Assembly: GCF_001194135.2 (NCBI RefSeq)
Contig: NC_068990.1
Coordinates: forward strand, 14,644,295 to 14,708,294
Direction of reading: 5' to 3'
Length of the DNA: 64,000 bases
DNA from: Octopus bimaculoides
Taxonomy: Eukaryota
Made by a program: the position numbers and the translations under genes. This document shows positions 51,678 through 64,000 of the stretch, piece by piece. Each line of letters begins with the position of its first letter. The stretch's first letter is position 1. The notes beneath the pieces were generated by a model that had not been told where the DNA came from, made no database searches, and saw only the letters and a list, made by a program, of their open reading frames with translations.

Positions 51678-53120
51678 CTTTTTCATTCTTCTTGAACGTC
51701 AAACTAATACATTTGACATACATACAGATATACTTTTTCTTCTTCTTGGTAGTCTATCGATCTCCGATGAAGACGTAATCTGTGATCTCAGCAGTCAGTG
51801 TTGGGAACGCATGTGGCTCTGCAACCCAAAGCCGGAAGCACACAGGCGCACGTGGGTTGGACACTGGTAGTTTGTGAACAGGACAGAGGATGCGAGGCAT
51901 TGCCGTTTATCCTCCTCAAAGGCAGCTACAGCAGTATTGGTGATTGACCTCCAGGTAGCCTTGTTTGTGGCTGCGGTCTCAAGTTTGCGAGGCTGGAGGC
52001 TACATCACTTTAGGTTAACCTTTAAGGTTTGTTTCAGTCAGCTGGCTGTGGCCATACTGGTGCACCGTCTTGAAGGGTTTTAGTTGAACAAATCGAACCT
52101 AGGACTTAATTTTTTTAAAGCCTACTACTTATTCTATCTGTCTCTTTACAAGTACTTATTCTTTGTAAGCCTAGGACTTATTCTATCGTCTCTTTTTACG
52201 GGGACGTAAACACACCAAAATTGGTTGTCGAGCGATGGTGGGAGAACAAACACAAACACACATATATATGACGGTCTTTCAATTTCCGTCTACCAAATCC
52301 ACTCACAAGGTTTTGGTCGGCCCGAAGCAATAGTAGAAGACACTTGCCAAAGGTGTCATGCAGTGGTTGGGAAGCTAGCTACTTACCACACAGCCACATC
52401 TGCGCCTATTTATATATATATATATANNNNNNNNNNNNNNNNNNNNNNNNNNNNNNNNNNNNNNNNNNNNNNNNNNNNNNNNNNNNNNNNNNNNNNNNNN
52501 NNNNNNNNNNNNNNNNNNNNNNNNNNNNNNNNNNNNNNNNNNNNNNNNNNNNNNNNNNNNNNNNNNNNNNNNNNNNNNNNNNNNNNNNNNNNNNNNNNNN
52601 NNNNNNNNNNNNNNNNNNNNNNNNNNNNNNNNNNNNNNNNNNNNNNNNNNNNNNNNNNNNNNNNNNNNNNNNNNNNNNNNNNNNNNNNNNNNNNNNNNNN
52701 NNNNNNNNNNNNNNNNNNNNNNNNNNNNNNNNNNNNNNNNNNNNNNNNNNNNNNNNNNNNNNNNNNNNNNNNNNNNNNNNNNNNNNNNNNNNNNNNNNNN
52801 NNNNNNNNNNNNNNNNNNNNNNNNNNNNNNNNNNNNNNNNNNNNNNNNNCTTGTGAGTGGATTTGGTAGACGGAAACTGAAAGAAGCTTGTTGTATATGT
52901 GTATATATATATATGTGTGTTTGTGTCTGTGTTTGTCCCCCCAACATCACTTGACAACCGATGGTGGTGTGTTTACGTCCCCGTAACTTAGCGGTTCGGC
53001 AAAAGAGACCAATAGAATAAGTACTAGGCATCCAAAGACTAAGTCCTGGGGTCGATTTGCTCGACTAAAGGCAGTGCTCCAGCATGGCCGCAGTCAAATG
53101 ACTGAAACAAGTAAAAGAGT

Positions 53121-53154
<34 letters not shown>

Positions 53155-53156
<2 letters not shown>

Positions 53157-53267
53157 ACTGAATATACCAACCAGATATTAATCGCAGTTATCTCCCATGC
53201 ATCTCGCATTTTAAAGTTTTTCGTTTGTAATTTAAATACAAAAAATAAGAGATTTAGAAATATTTTG
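53155..53267 (+). promoter_or_regulatory. Putative MSH4 promoter / non-coding first exon
   Basis: Strong donor TTG|gtaagt at 53268 upstream of the 55775 acceptor; CAACTG (MYB-like) at 53155; TTTAAA (CHR-like) at 53210; sits at the CpG-rich to CpG-poor transition. Confidence 0.4.
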
Positions 53268-53391
53268 GTAAGTCTGAAAAAATAATTTCAACTAAAAATA
53301 TAAATGAAACACTTCTTTATGTTTATAGATATATGCATGTAAGAGATATTTACTTTAATAGTTTATAGTTTTATTTAATGGTCACTCATTG

Positions 53392-53700
53392 TACAGGGTT
53401 TCCACAAGGTCTGGGTACATGGAGTAAATAAAATCGTAACGTAAACAATTAAATATAATTTCTGCAAAATTTCCTTTATAAATATTCATTTTGAAGGAAG
53501 TTATGTAGAAACACTGTTGCCCATCCGAACAGAAATATGCTCCACATGCTTCCATGAAAACTTTTTTGTTATTTTTATCAAGATAATCGTAATCTACATC
53601 CCAAAACAAATTTCTGGAAAACTTCATTAAAAAATATACATTTGAAAAAGACCAGCGGAAATTTTTCATCCTAAAGGAATTTTAAAAATCATCCCCTCCT
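53392..53700 (-). mobile_element. Tc1/mariner 3' end fragment with the same TIR as the 57-kb MITEs
   Basis: TACAGGGT(T/G)TCCACAAGGTCTGGGTACAT TIR; transposase C-terminus-like text KVFMEACGAYFCSDGQQ on the minus strand. Confidence 0.55.
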
Positions 53701-53751
53701 CATCCTGAAGTATTTTTTCAAATTTTCTCAACATAATCATAATAAAGTGTA

Positions 53752-54073
53752 AAAGGGTAAAGACCCCTTCGGTCATGAATGACCATGGATTGCACCTAAA
53801 AATTTTCCCTCCAAGGCTCAAGTCTGTTTATGGAAGACCAGCTGTAGTCCATGTATACTAGCCTCCCCTTTCCATGTCACCATTGTTATCCAAGAGAAAC
53901 ACGAAGGCCGATACAGCTTGGCACCAGTGATGTTGCAACTCATTTCTAGAGCTGAGTGAAGTGGAGCAACGTGAAATAAAGTGTGTAGCTCAAGTGCACA
54001 CCACACAACCCAGTCTGAGAATTGAACTCACTACCTCATGATCATGAGCCCAATGCTCTAAACACTGAGCTAA
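53752..54073 (-). mobile_element. tRNA-derived SINE family D
   Basis: tRNA-like head at the right end; related head at 31860-31990(-). Confidence 0.55.
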
Positions 54074-54369
54074 TATGCACCATCTAAAATATATCTACAA
54101 AATCTTATAAAAAAATACGTATTTTTTAAGGAAGTTATGAAGAACCATAGTTGAGCAGACACCAAACTGTAGTTATGCTGACAAGATGTTGAAAAGTTTT
54201 GACGAAATTGGAGGTTTAAATGATATTGATTTAAGTTTAAATCAGATGTGTTGCTTTATATCTCTGTTGGAAACCTAAATGTTGTGTGAAGATGATATAA
54301 AAATAATAACAAACTTATTGTATACAATGCTGAGGTGTATTACAGCTCATGAGAAAAGGTAGCCAAAAG

Positions 54370-54590
54370 TGCATGAACTGTACATAGAATAATGCAGAGG
54401 AAGTGAACAATGACTGAGTTGTTTAAAAAGATGGAGGGGGACATCAGGTGTGCATGTGGCAAATTTCAGGAAGCATGGAATTTTTTAGGAAGTAGTGTCC
54501 TGACAACTGATACAAGTAGTCTGTTCCATGCTTCAGCAATTCTGAGTGTGAAAAAATATTTCCAAAAGTCATGGATGTTGTGTTGTTTTG
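54370..54590 (-). mobile_element. CR1/L2-like LINE 3' fragment
   Basis: KYFFTLRIAEAWNRL resembles the CR1 C-terminal FFxxRVVxxWNxLP motif. A similar VKAWNELP is at ~48290-48475 (-). Confidence 0.55.
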
Positions 54591-54787
54591 GTTTTGTAAT
54601 CATGTCCATGAGTGATAGAGATAAGGAATTCAAAAAGTTCAGCAACAGAGATCGATAGAATAAGTACCAGGCTTTAAAAAAAGAATGTACTGAGGTCACT
54701 TCCTTTGACTAAAATTCTTCTAGATGGTGCTCCAGCATGGCCACAGTCTAATGACTGAAACAAGTAAAAGATAAAAGAGAAAAGATA

Positions 54788-54826
<39 letters not shown>

Positions 54827-55790
54827 NNNNNNNNNNNNNNNNNNNNNNNNNNNNNNNNNNNNNNNNNNNNNNNNNNNNNNNNNNNNNNNNNNNNNNNNNN
54901 NNNNNNNNNNNNNNNNNNNNNNNNNNNNNNNNNNNNNNNNNNNNNNNNNNNNNNNNNNNNNNNNNNNNNNNNNNNNNNNNNNNNNNNNNNNNNNNNNNNN
55001 NNNNNNNNNNNNNNNNNNNNNNNNNNNNNNNNNNNNNNNNNNNNNNNNNNNNNNNNNNNNNNNNNNNNNNNNNNNNNNNNNNNNNNNNNNNNNNNNNNNN
55101 NNNNNNNNNNNNNNNNNNNNNNNNNNNNNNNNNNNNNNNNNNNNNNNNNNNNNNNNNNNNNNNNNNNNNNNNNNNNNNNATATATAACTACTTGTAGTGC
55201 CATACATTGAAACTTTTACAGATATGTTATTGTTGTTAATGTTGTTTAACCCCAGTTCAGTTCCTGATTGAGCTGATCTATGTGCAAAGATATTCCAGCT
55301 ATTACCATTGAAATTACTTCATTTTACTTCATTTGAAATACAATTGGATTGGATTGCTGCAGGACAAAGGCCTCAACATCTTCTTTCCACCAACCATGAT
55401 CTGATGTGGAGGGTGTGAATTTGAGCCAGAGATCATACTGGTTTGATGAGCCTACTCTGCCACCCTTTTTCAACATAGCTTGTAGTTTTTATACTCATGC
55501 CCAGGAGTAGTTAAGCCGATTACATTGATCCCAGTGGGTAACTGGTACTTATTTTATTGACCTCGAAAGGGTGAAAAGCAAAGTCATCTGTGATGGAATT
55601 TGACCTCAGAACATAAGGACAAATGAAATACTGCTAAGCATTTTGCATGGTGTACTAATGATACTGCCAGCTTACCCAATTAAGAAAAACATGAATGTCA
55701 CAACCTTCTATACACCACTTTGTAACCTTAAAGCTTCATGCTTAATTAAAATGTTTATTCTATTATATTTGTAGACCCTGAAGTTCAAAA

Positions 55791-55821
55791 ATGGCTACAA
55801 ATATCAAACAACCAAAATACA
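55791..55821 (+). CDS. MSH4: MutS homolog 4, probable first coding exon MATNIKQPKY(N)
   Basis: Acceptor at 55775, ATG in AAAAATGG with an in-frame TGA upstream, donor ACA|gtaagc. Phase 1 joins 56647. Confidence 0.65.
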
Positions 55822-56646
55822 GTAAGCAGTTATTTTATTTTAATTAAATAATTCATTTTTCTGTTGTATTTCTGCATTTTAGAAATCAGAAATATTACTT
55901 CTATTATTTCTTAAACATGTTTGTTATGTTTCGCATTGTTTCTTATAAACAAGAATGCATTTTAGTAATAAAATTTTTTTAAAAATTGGGATTAATATTA
56001 AAACAGTCACATATAAAATAAACATCCTACTCAAACAGGCGAAAAATGATAAAGGCAAAATCTTGTAAGAAGTTGAAAGGGAATGAATGTGTAAGCAATT
56101 TTGTGATTATGATTTTTTTAACCATTTAATTATATTTACTGAAAGAGAACATTTACTTTTGACATTGTCCAAAGAGAGGATTAATTTCAGGATATTGATC
56201 GCATTTTACTCCTTTCAGTCACTTGATTGCAGCCATGCTGGAGCACTGCCGTGAAGGGTTTAGTTGAACAAATCCATTCTAGGACATATTTTAAGTTTGG
56301 TACTTCTTCTATCAGTCTCTTTTGCCAAACTGCTATGTTATGGGGATGTAAACAAACCAGCACAAGTTGTCAAGCAGTGGTGGTGGACAAACCCAAAGAC
56401 ACACACACACACACACACACATGATGGGCTTCCACATAGTTTCCATCTACTAAATTCACTCACAAGGCATTGGTCAGCCTGGAGCTATAGTAGAAGACTA
56501 TTATCCAAGATGCCATGCAGAGGGACTGAACCTGAAACCATGTGGTTATCCGAAGAAAGGATTAATTTCAAGGTATTGATTGTGGATTTAATTTGGTTGT
56601 TTTGTCATTGTTTTAAATTAAATGTTTTAATATTTCCATCATTAAG

Positions 56647-56836
56647 ATTTAAATAATCTTGAAATGAAACTCTTTTTAGATTTTGGACTTTTACAAACAC
56701 CCGCTACTTCTGATGAATCAGAGTTTTCAGATACATCTGTCAGTGTCTTCAATAAGAAGCCTATATTTATGGGAACCAAGAGGAAACAGCAGAATCTGGG
56801 CCAAAGAGAGGATATTACACCATACTCAGAACAAAG
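56647..56836 (+). CDS. MSH4: MSH4 N-terminal low-complexity exon (LNNLEMKLFLDFGLLQTPATSDESE...TPYSEQR)
   Basis: Open frame, donor AAG|gtactg in phase 2 matching the exon at 62327. Alternative same-phase acceptor at 56680. Confidence 0.72.
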
Positions 56837-57086
56837 GTACTGAATCATCTATTATGTCTGATGTGTGATTTAAGAAGGCACAGGCCTTACTTTTCTTGTT
56901 ACATAAATAAAAAACAGAAAAATAGCTAGTTATAAAATCTCAAGAAGAGATAGAATAGTAACGTATACTAGACAGTACAGTGAGTAGCCACATCAAAGGG
57001 GAAGATGAATGTTACTACTAGTTTAACCCCAGGTGCATTATCCACCAGCTGGTTTTCAGTGCAAGCTCTACACCCTTTATGTACAA

Positions 57087-57217
57087 TACAGGGTGTCCAC
57101 AAAGTCTGGGTACATAGGGATTAACACATACTTTAAGAAACTATTATTTCTTACATTTAATTGTTTATGTTATGATTTTATTTACTCCATGTACCCAGAT
57201 TTTGTGGACACCTTGTA
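57087..57217. mobile_element. Tc1/mariner MITE (~130 bp, TA TSD)
   Basis: TA-CAGGGTGTCCACAAAGTCTGGGTACAT ... ATGTACCCAGATTTTGTGGACACCTTG-TA. Confidence 0.85.
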
Positions 57218-57567
57218 CATTGCTATCAGTGGGAGTGAACCCCTACTACGCTCCAACAGCTGGGAAGATTGTGGGACCGGGGTTAAAGTAGTAGTAACAT
57301 TCATCTGCCACTTTGATGTGGTTACTCGCTGTACTGTTTAGTATACGTTACTATTCTATCTCTTCTTGAGATTTTATAACTAGCTATTTTGCTTGTTGGA
57401 AATCAGTGACCAATGGTCAGTTTGTTTACAATATATTGCTGACAAAAACGGATCTTAGCTACACTCGTGGCTGACGTGAGCCTATTAGCTTGAAACAGGC
57501 TGGTCCCATGATCCTGTCAGCTGTTGGAGGGTAGTAGCGGTTCGCTTCCCCTGCTAGCAATGCATTG

Positions 57568-57698
57568 TATAGGGTGTCTACAAGGTCTGGGTACATGGAG
57601 TAAATAAAATCATAACATAAACAATGAAATATAAGAAATAATAATTTCTTAAAGTAAGTGTTAATCCCCATGTACCCAGACTTTGTGGACACCCTGTA
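57568..57698. mobile_element. Second copy of the MITE, inverted
   Basis: Reverse complement of 57087-57217 with TA ends. Confidence 0.85.
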
Positions 57699-58095
57699 CA
57701 TAAAGGGTACAGTGCTTGCATTGAAAACCAGCTGGCGGCGAATCAGCCTGGGGTTAAACTAGTAGTAACATTCATCTGCTACTTTGATGAGGCTACCCAA
57801 AAAAGAAAAAGTCCTTGCATAATTATCCAATCCATGAATTCATAAAGCCTGCAAAGTTAGTTTATTTTAAAATCTGCTTTGGTCATTAGACTGTGACCAT
57901 GCTGGGGCACTGCCTCGAAGAATTTTTAGTTGAACAAATTGACCCCAGTACTTCTATTCTTTTTTCTTTTTTTTGAAGTTTAGTACTTATTCTATTGGTC
58001 TCTTTTACTGAACCAGTAAGTTACAGGGATGAAAACACAATAACACTGGTTGTCAAGCAGTGGCGGGGGACATCCTCCATCACAAAGACACACAT

Positions 58096-58142
<47 letters not shown>

Positions 58143-58147
<5 letters not shown>

Positions 58148-58223
58148 GATGTCCATAAATTAGCTTTACAACTTCCATACTTTTAATCTCAATATTGTAA
58201 AGGGACTTTATGGACACCCTGTA
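58143..58223. mobile_element. Small Tc1/mariner-like MITE
   Basis: TAGGATGTCCATAAA ... TTTATGGACACCCTGTA inverted ends. Confidence 0.5.
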
Positions 58224-59426
58224 TAATCCCACTCTACTGACTGATATATGAGTGTATCTTTTCTCTGACTTATGGTCTCTTAGACAACTCATGCGCATGT
58301 GTGTGTGTGTGTGTGTGTGCATATGTGTGTGTGCAAGTGTGTGATGGGCTTCTTTAAGTTTCTGTCAACCAAATCCACTTACAAGCGTTTGGTTAGCCTG
58401 AGGCTATAGTTGAAGACACTTTCCCAAGGTGCTGCACCATGGGATTGAAGCCAGAACCATTTGGTCGGGAAATAAACTTTTTACTACACAGCCATGCCTG
58501 CACCCACTGGGCATTATTTTGTTTTTCTTGCATCCCAGTTTTTATAAGTCCGGTTACTCAGTTTCCATGGCACATAAGTGACTAAGGCCATAACATTTCT
58601 CCCCAATGGGATACCACTCCGTTGCAGAGTTCAAGGTCAGCTATTTTCAAGGGGAGGGAGTAGGTCGATTACGTTGACTCCAGTACTTGACTCAAACTCT
58701 GTTTTATTCACCCTGAAGAGACAAAAAGCAAAGTTGACCTCAGTGGGATTTGAACTCAGAACATGAAGAGCCAGAAGAAATGCTGCTAAGTATTTTACCT
58801 GACATGCTAATGGTTTCGCCTGCTCACTGCCTTCTCTGTGTGAATTTGGACAAAGCATATTGTCCTACATATGTTAGTTTGTTTGACCAATATTTACTAT
58901 TTCCGGTTCACAATTAGGAAGAAGTTATCAATAGAAAAGGCATCCAGCTGTTACAATATACATTCCAATAATTTTGCATAAATTATCTCATCCATGTCGA
59001 CATGAAAACAGAGACACATATATATAAAAAAAGCATTGTTTTTGGTGTATGTATATATGTTTGTGTGTTACTGGTATTTCACTGATAAGAAGACAATTTA
59101 ACAGGTCATTAAGGAACTATAATTACCAATAAAATTTGTCAGTAATTGTCTTAACAGTTGTGGTCAATGAATTTTTAAAATAAATGTAATGTCTCAGAAT
59201 ATCATTATTAACCAAAAGCCACTGTTAAGTTTTCAACCTTAAATTATAGTCCTCCCTGATCGTTACACAAAAAGAATTTCCTAATAAATATAATTTGATT
59301 CACTCAGCATTAAATATATTTATTAATTTTGATTATTGCTAAAATGAATCTACAAGAACTAGTTAACTATTTACCTGTCCTGTGTATCACATGTGACACA
59401 TAGGACATATTTCCCTGGCATCCATG

Positions 59427-60490
59427 TATTAGGTTGTTCTGAAAATAATGGCCACTCTAAGTGTTGTGTTTTTAAACGCAATTTTATCATAGTATTTTAA
59501 TTATATTTTATGTGAATTTCAACATGCTTAATAATTAGTGAACGCTCTTTAATAATTTTCTACTTATTTCAAACAGAAAACATTCTTGAAGCATAGGCGC
59601 CCTTAATTATGAACATAACAAAAAAAGGACCTTTGCTTACTTTTCTTGCATGAGTTCAAGCTTGGGCACAATGCTTCCCAAACTGCTGCCAATATCAACA
59701 GAGCATGGGAAGAGAGTCCATGAGTGATCGCACAGTACGAAGGTAGTTTCAGAAATTCCGTAGTGGTGATGAGAGCCTTGAAGATGAGGAAGGTGGAGGA
59801 CGGTCATGCAGTCTTGACAATGAACAATTAAAAGCAATTGTTGGACAAAACCCACGTCAAAGTGTCAGAGAAATGTCTCAGGCACTTGGTGTCGGTATTG
59901 CAATGGTCTCACGCAATCTGCAAAAGGTTGGTAGGTGAAAAAGCTCGATAAATGGGTCCTGCATGAGCTTAATGAAAATCAAAAAGTTTGGTGTTTTGAA
60001 GTGTGCTCGATGCCATTTCTGTGAAACACCAATGATCCTTTTCTTGACTGAATAGTCACTTGTAATGAAAAGTGGATCCTTTATGATAACCGTAAACGGT
60101 CAGGTCAATGGCTTGACTGTGATGAGTTCTCCAAACATTTCCCAAAGCCAAAGTTGCATCAGTTAAAGATTATGGTGACTGTCTGGTGGTCTGCAATTGG
60201 CGCTGTCCATTACAGCTTTCTGGAAACCAATCAGAGCATTACAAGAGAGGTTTACTGCAATCAGCACACTGAAATGCATGCTCACTTGCAAAACATGAGA
60301 CCTGCATTGTTGAATCGGCATGGCCCAATTCTGCTCCATGATAGTGCAAAGCCACATGTTGCAAGAATGACACTGCAGAAACTCACAGATTTAGAATAGT
60401 AGATTTTACCACATCCTCCATGTTCTCCTGATCTTTCACCCACTGAATACCATTTATTAAAGCATTTAAACATGTTTTTAGTCTGAAAAT
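59427..60490 (+). mobile_element. Decayed mariner element (Hsmar1/cecropia-like), 3' truncated
   Basis: TA + TTAGGTTG TIR at 59427. Broken transposase from ~59609 with FKLGHNA, WV(P/L)HEL, TCNEKW, LLHDSAKPH and HPPCSPDLSP motifs; stops and frameshifts. Confidence 0.93.
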
Positions 60491-62326
60491 AACATGAAAC
60501 CTTAATAGTCTGCTTCCTACTGTAACAGTTATACTTTTTTCTCCTTTACTTTCAATTAGTCTTAGAGATCTTACTAAAAGGTCTAAGCTAGTGAATTTCT
60601 TGTAACTAAGCCATAAAAATAGATATTATATAACAATTAGTTTCAAAATTTAGTACAAGGCCAGCAATTTGGGGGAGGGGATTAAGTCAATTACATTGAC
60701 CCCAGTGGTCAACTGGTACTTATTTTATTCTTTTCTACTCTAGGCACAAAGCCCGAAATTTTTGGGGAGGGGGCCTGTTGGTTAGATCGACCTCAGTATG
60801 CAACTGGTATTTATTTTATTGAGCCTGAAAGGAAGAAAGGCAAAGTTGACTTGAGCGGAATTTGAACTCAGAATGTAAAGACAGACGATATGCCACTAAG
60901 CATTCTGCCCTGCATGCTAGCAGTTCTGCCAGCTCACCACCTCATATAACAATATAATAAAATGCTTAGCAGCACTTCTTCTGGCTTTACAATCTGATTT
61001 CAAATACTGCTGAGGCCAGCTTTCCCTTTCATTCTTATGGGGTCCCAGAAATAAGTACCTGTTGAACACTTTGCCTTTCTTGGAGAATTGATCTTCAACT
61101 TTATGGTATTTTTTTCTCCTCATTGCAAGTATAATTTTAATTAAAATTTTTGTTCTGCTACATTAGGTATGTTAATACCAACTTAATTACTTGTTTTTCA
61201 TTCTGAAAGCATCATTAATTAATTTACCCAACCAATAAAGTCAACCTGCAATTTGTATAGTCAAATCTGCTTCAAAGCACATCCTACTATCTTAAAAAAT
61301 TACAACCATATTAATATAATCTAGTTCTAGGGTGGTGGGCTGGCAGAATTGTTACCATGTTGGGCAAAATGCTCTGTGGTATTTTGTCTGTCTTTGTGTT
61401 TTGAGTTCAAATTCTGCTGAGGTTGACTTTGGTGTTCATCTTTTTGGGGTCAATAAAATAAGTACTAGTTGAGTATTGGGATTGATATAATTGCCTTTTC
61501 CCCTCTCGAAATTGCTGGTCTTGTGTCAAAATTTGAAACCAATATAACCTAGTTCTGTTGTCATGTCCTGTTATTTGTATTTGTGTAACATTCTCCGTTT
61601 TTTTCTGTCCTTGTTTTCATATACATTCGCTGCTGTCTTACAAGGAATCAATGCTCTTAGCTTAGTTTTTCTTTGGGGCTGGCCAGATTGGAGCAATCTC
61701 CTGTATAACCAACTGAAATTGCAAAGATAATCTGGAACTTGACTGAGGAAAGAAAACTCTGAATGACCCATCCTTGTTTTCTTTGTATCGTCTATCTGGA
61801 TGTTTTGCTGTCTCTTTTTTGTATTGCCTAACTGTCTGGATGTTTTGTGTTCTTGTCCCATTTTGTATCTTATATATATAATCTAGTTCTAGCTCTACAA
61901 CAGGTCTAGAATAAGAAAATCAGACACATGCATAGTGATCCTCCCTAGACACAACAAGATTTGTTTCAACACACCAATTCACATCAAGAACCAATTACAG
62001 AAATGATGTAAAATCAGACAGTAATGACCAGAAGTCTGCAAAGTCAGGGCTAAACTTGGGTTACCTAATGAAGGTAGCTGTATTTAATCCAAGAATTGTG
62101 CTTAATTTTTCATTTGCTTTAAAAAAAACAAGTACTGCTTTTTGTGACTCTGTTTCCCTTCATGAAATTAAGGAACACTTAGGTTTTTTTTATTGAGTAA
62201 CATTAGAGCACAATCTTTTTCGTGTAATGAGAAACGAAATGAAAAAAAAGGCAGTAGTTAAATGATTAATTAGCTTAATAAATAATTAAGATTAGGAATT
62301 GAATCATGTTGGCTTTTTTTTTTCAG

Positions 62327-62433
62327 GTTGTCTTCCTCATCAAGTGATCGTCTTAAATTAATCTCATCTGCTGTGAAACGGACTCCATATACATCATCTA
62401 CAACGAACTCTGATAATAACGCAGTTATTGCAG
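62327..62433 (+). CDS. MSH4: MSH4 exon LSSSSSDRLKLISSAVKRTPYTSSTTNSDNNAVIA, phase 2 to 1
   Basis: tttttttttcag| acceptor and CAG|gtaaga donor; in frame with the conserved exon at 63484. Confidence 0.85.
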
Positions 62434-63483
62434 GTAAGATATTTTTTTGTTTTCTGTCTAAAGTAATAATACTATTTGCTGTTTATAACTTTTTTTCCTG
62501 TAATTATTAAGTGTTAATTATTCATTTACTGTTTATAATTTCTCAAGTAAATCAACTGAATAATTAATCAAGATTAATTGCTGGAAAGGACACCATATTT
62601 CATTATGCAACCAAAATATACTATCAAGTATTCAATCAACTGTCATGCCTATTCCTTAAAAAATGGCTTTGTCCATAGTCCAAAAAATTCAATATTTTTA
62701 TAGTACAAATTAATAATTTTTCATTGTAATACTTACCATCAGATAAAAACCTTGACTGATGATGATGGCGGTTGATTTATCTCTTGCTAACAGGAGATAA
62801 CAAAGAGTGCTTATATGCACTACAAGTCCAAGTGAGGGGTTCTCTCATGGTAGCCATTGCAGTATTCTTAGTTCTAACACAATATCCACTTTTCAGTGGG
62901 GATAAATATTACCCTTTGGTATTAATACTACTTCTGTTGCTATTAATTATTTTATAGGTAGAGGGGCTCTGAAAGGGGTCTCAGAGTAGTATCCCTGCTT
63001 TCCCGAGCTAGTTTTCCACCACATTTCTTAAAAATTGTGGTAGAAGACTAGGTCTCGGGACCACTCATGTCTAGAAACTGATGTTGGGGGTAAGCAAGCA
63101 CATGCTCCCTGTAGAAAATCCAGCTCCAAAAAAGCAAAGGAGAATGGGCACCAGCCAGCCCAAAGGTTGGGGTGGGCTGCACCTGACTACCTCAGTTGCT
63201 ATGGCATTGAGGTAGATCTGACCACCCCCGTTAACGGGGACAAAACCTGCATTTAAAACACTGGATGATGATGAAAGCATACATATTCAGGGAAAAGTGA
63301 ACATCAGGGATAAAATTAACTTGCCATATAGGCAGGGCTAGATTAAGAGCCATAGAGGTCCTAAGCACTTAAAAGATTTTGGTGCCCCATGGAACTGGAA
63401 CACTCGTTGTAACTGAGGGAGAGAGCCAGAAAGATATGATTTAACTGATGGAATTTATTTGCTTTTGTAATTTTTTTTAACAG

Positions 63484-63632
63484 CTCTTGTTGAAGGCCGA
63501 GGTCTAGCAAAGGGAGAAATTGGAATGGCTAGTATTGATCTGAAATGCCCAGTGTTAGTGCTGTCCCAGTTTTCAGATAGCCAAACCTATGTAAAAGTCA
63601 TGACTAAACTTCAGATCCTACAACCAATTGAG
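63484..63632 (+). CDS. MSH4: MSH4 conserved exon [50 protein letters not shown]
   Basis: Closely matches my recollection of the MSH4 motif [19 protein letters not shown]...LSQFAD..TY.KV.TKL. Canonical splice sites. Gene continues beyond the window. Confidence 0.93.
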
Positions 63633-63878
63633 GTAAGCTGGGTTACCTTTTGTTATTTTTTAAATCTTTTACTTGTTTCAATCATAGGATTGTGGCCATG
63701 CTGGGGTACCACCTTGAAGGGTGTAGTTGAACAAATTGACCCCAGCACTTATTTTTTTAAGTTTGGTACTTATTCTGTTGGTTTCTTTTGATGAACTGCT
63801 AAATTATGTATGGGGATGTAAACACACCAACACCAGTTGTCAAGCTGTTGTAGGGGTGACAAGCACATATACAAAGAC

Positions 63879-63916
<38 letters not shown>

Positions 63917-64000
63917 ACACACACTCATACATACACACATTTATTTATAAATGTATATATGTATGTATAAGTATATATATATATATATATATATATATAT

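Noticed and set aside
61755-61785. CTGAGGA...GAAT hammerhead-like core near 61742-61765
   Set aside because: Lacks GAAA, stem II is too short, and there is no NUH or stem I pairing.
1-64000. CRISPR arrays, operons or other prokaryotic systems
   Set aside because: Spliced eukaryotic DNA; no regularly spaced repeat-spacer structure was seen.

Overview
AT-rich, repeat-dense eukaryotic DNA with eight N-gaps. The SINE families and RTE tails look like those of Octopus; the species call is inference. There are two reconstructable protein-coding genes. (1) A minus-strand gene of unknown identity has a 1.3-kb first coding exon (ATG 20979) and seven small phase-consistent exons down to 2924. It encodes a Ser/Pro-rich, probably disordered protein of >550 aa and probably continues leftwards. 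(2) The 5' part of the meiotic MutS homologue MSH4 lies on the plus strand (ATG 55791, four coding exons) and continues past the window end. A third, unrecognised gene may lie in 33-48 kb (one clean orphan exon plus CpG depletion). The rest is SINEs, RTE/CR1/R4-Dong LINE fragments, mariner/maT remnants and MITEs. Most notable: a tRNA-headed short element carrying a minimal Penelope-type hammerhead ribozyme and an inverted 5' tail (15261-15590); a second hammerhead family (51640-51677); and two copies of a ~540-bp 8-bp-TSD transposon with a central telomere-repeat palindrome, one apparently remodelled by template switching. All splice models were hand-derived from sequence; there is no expression evidence.
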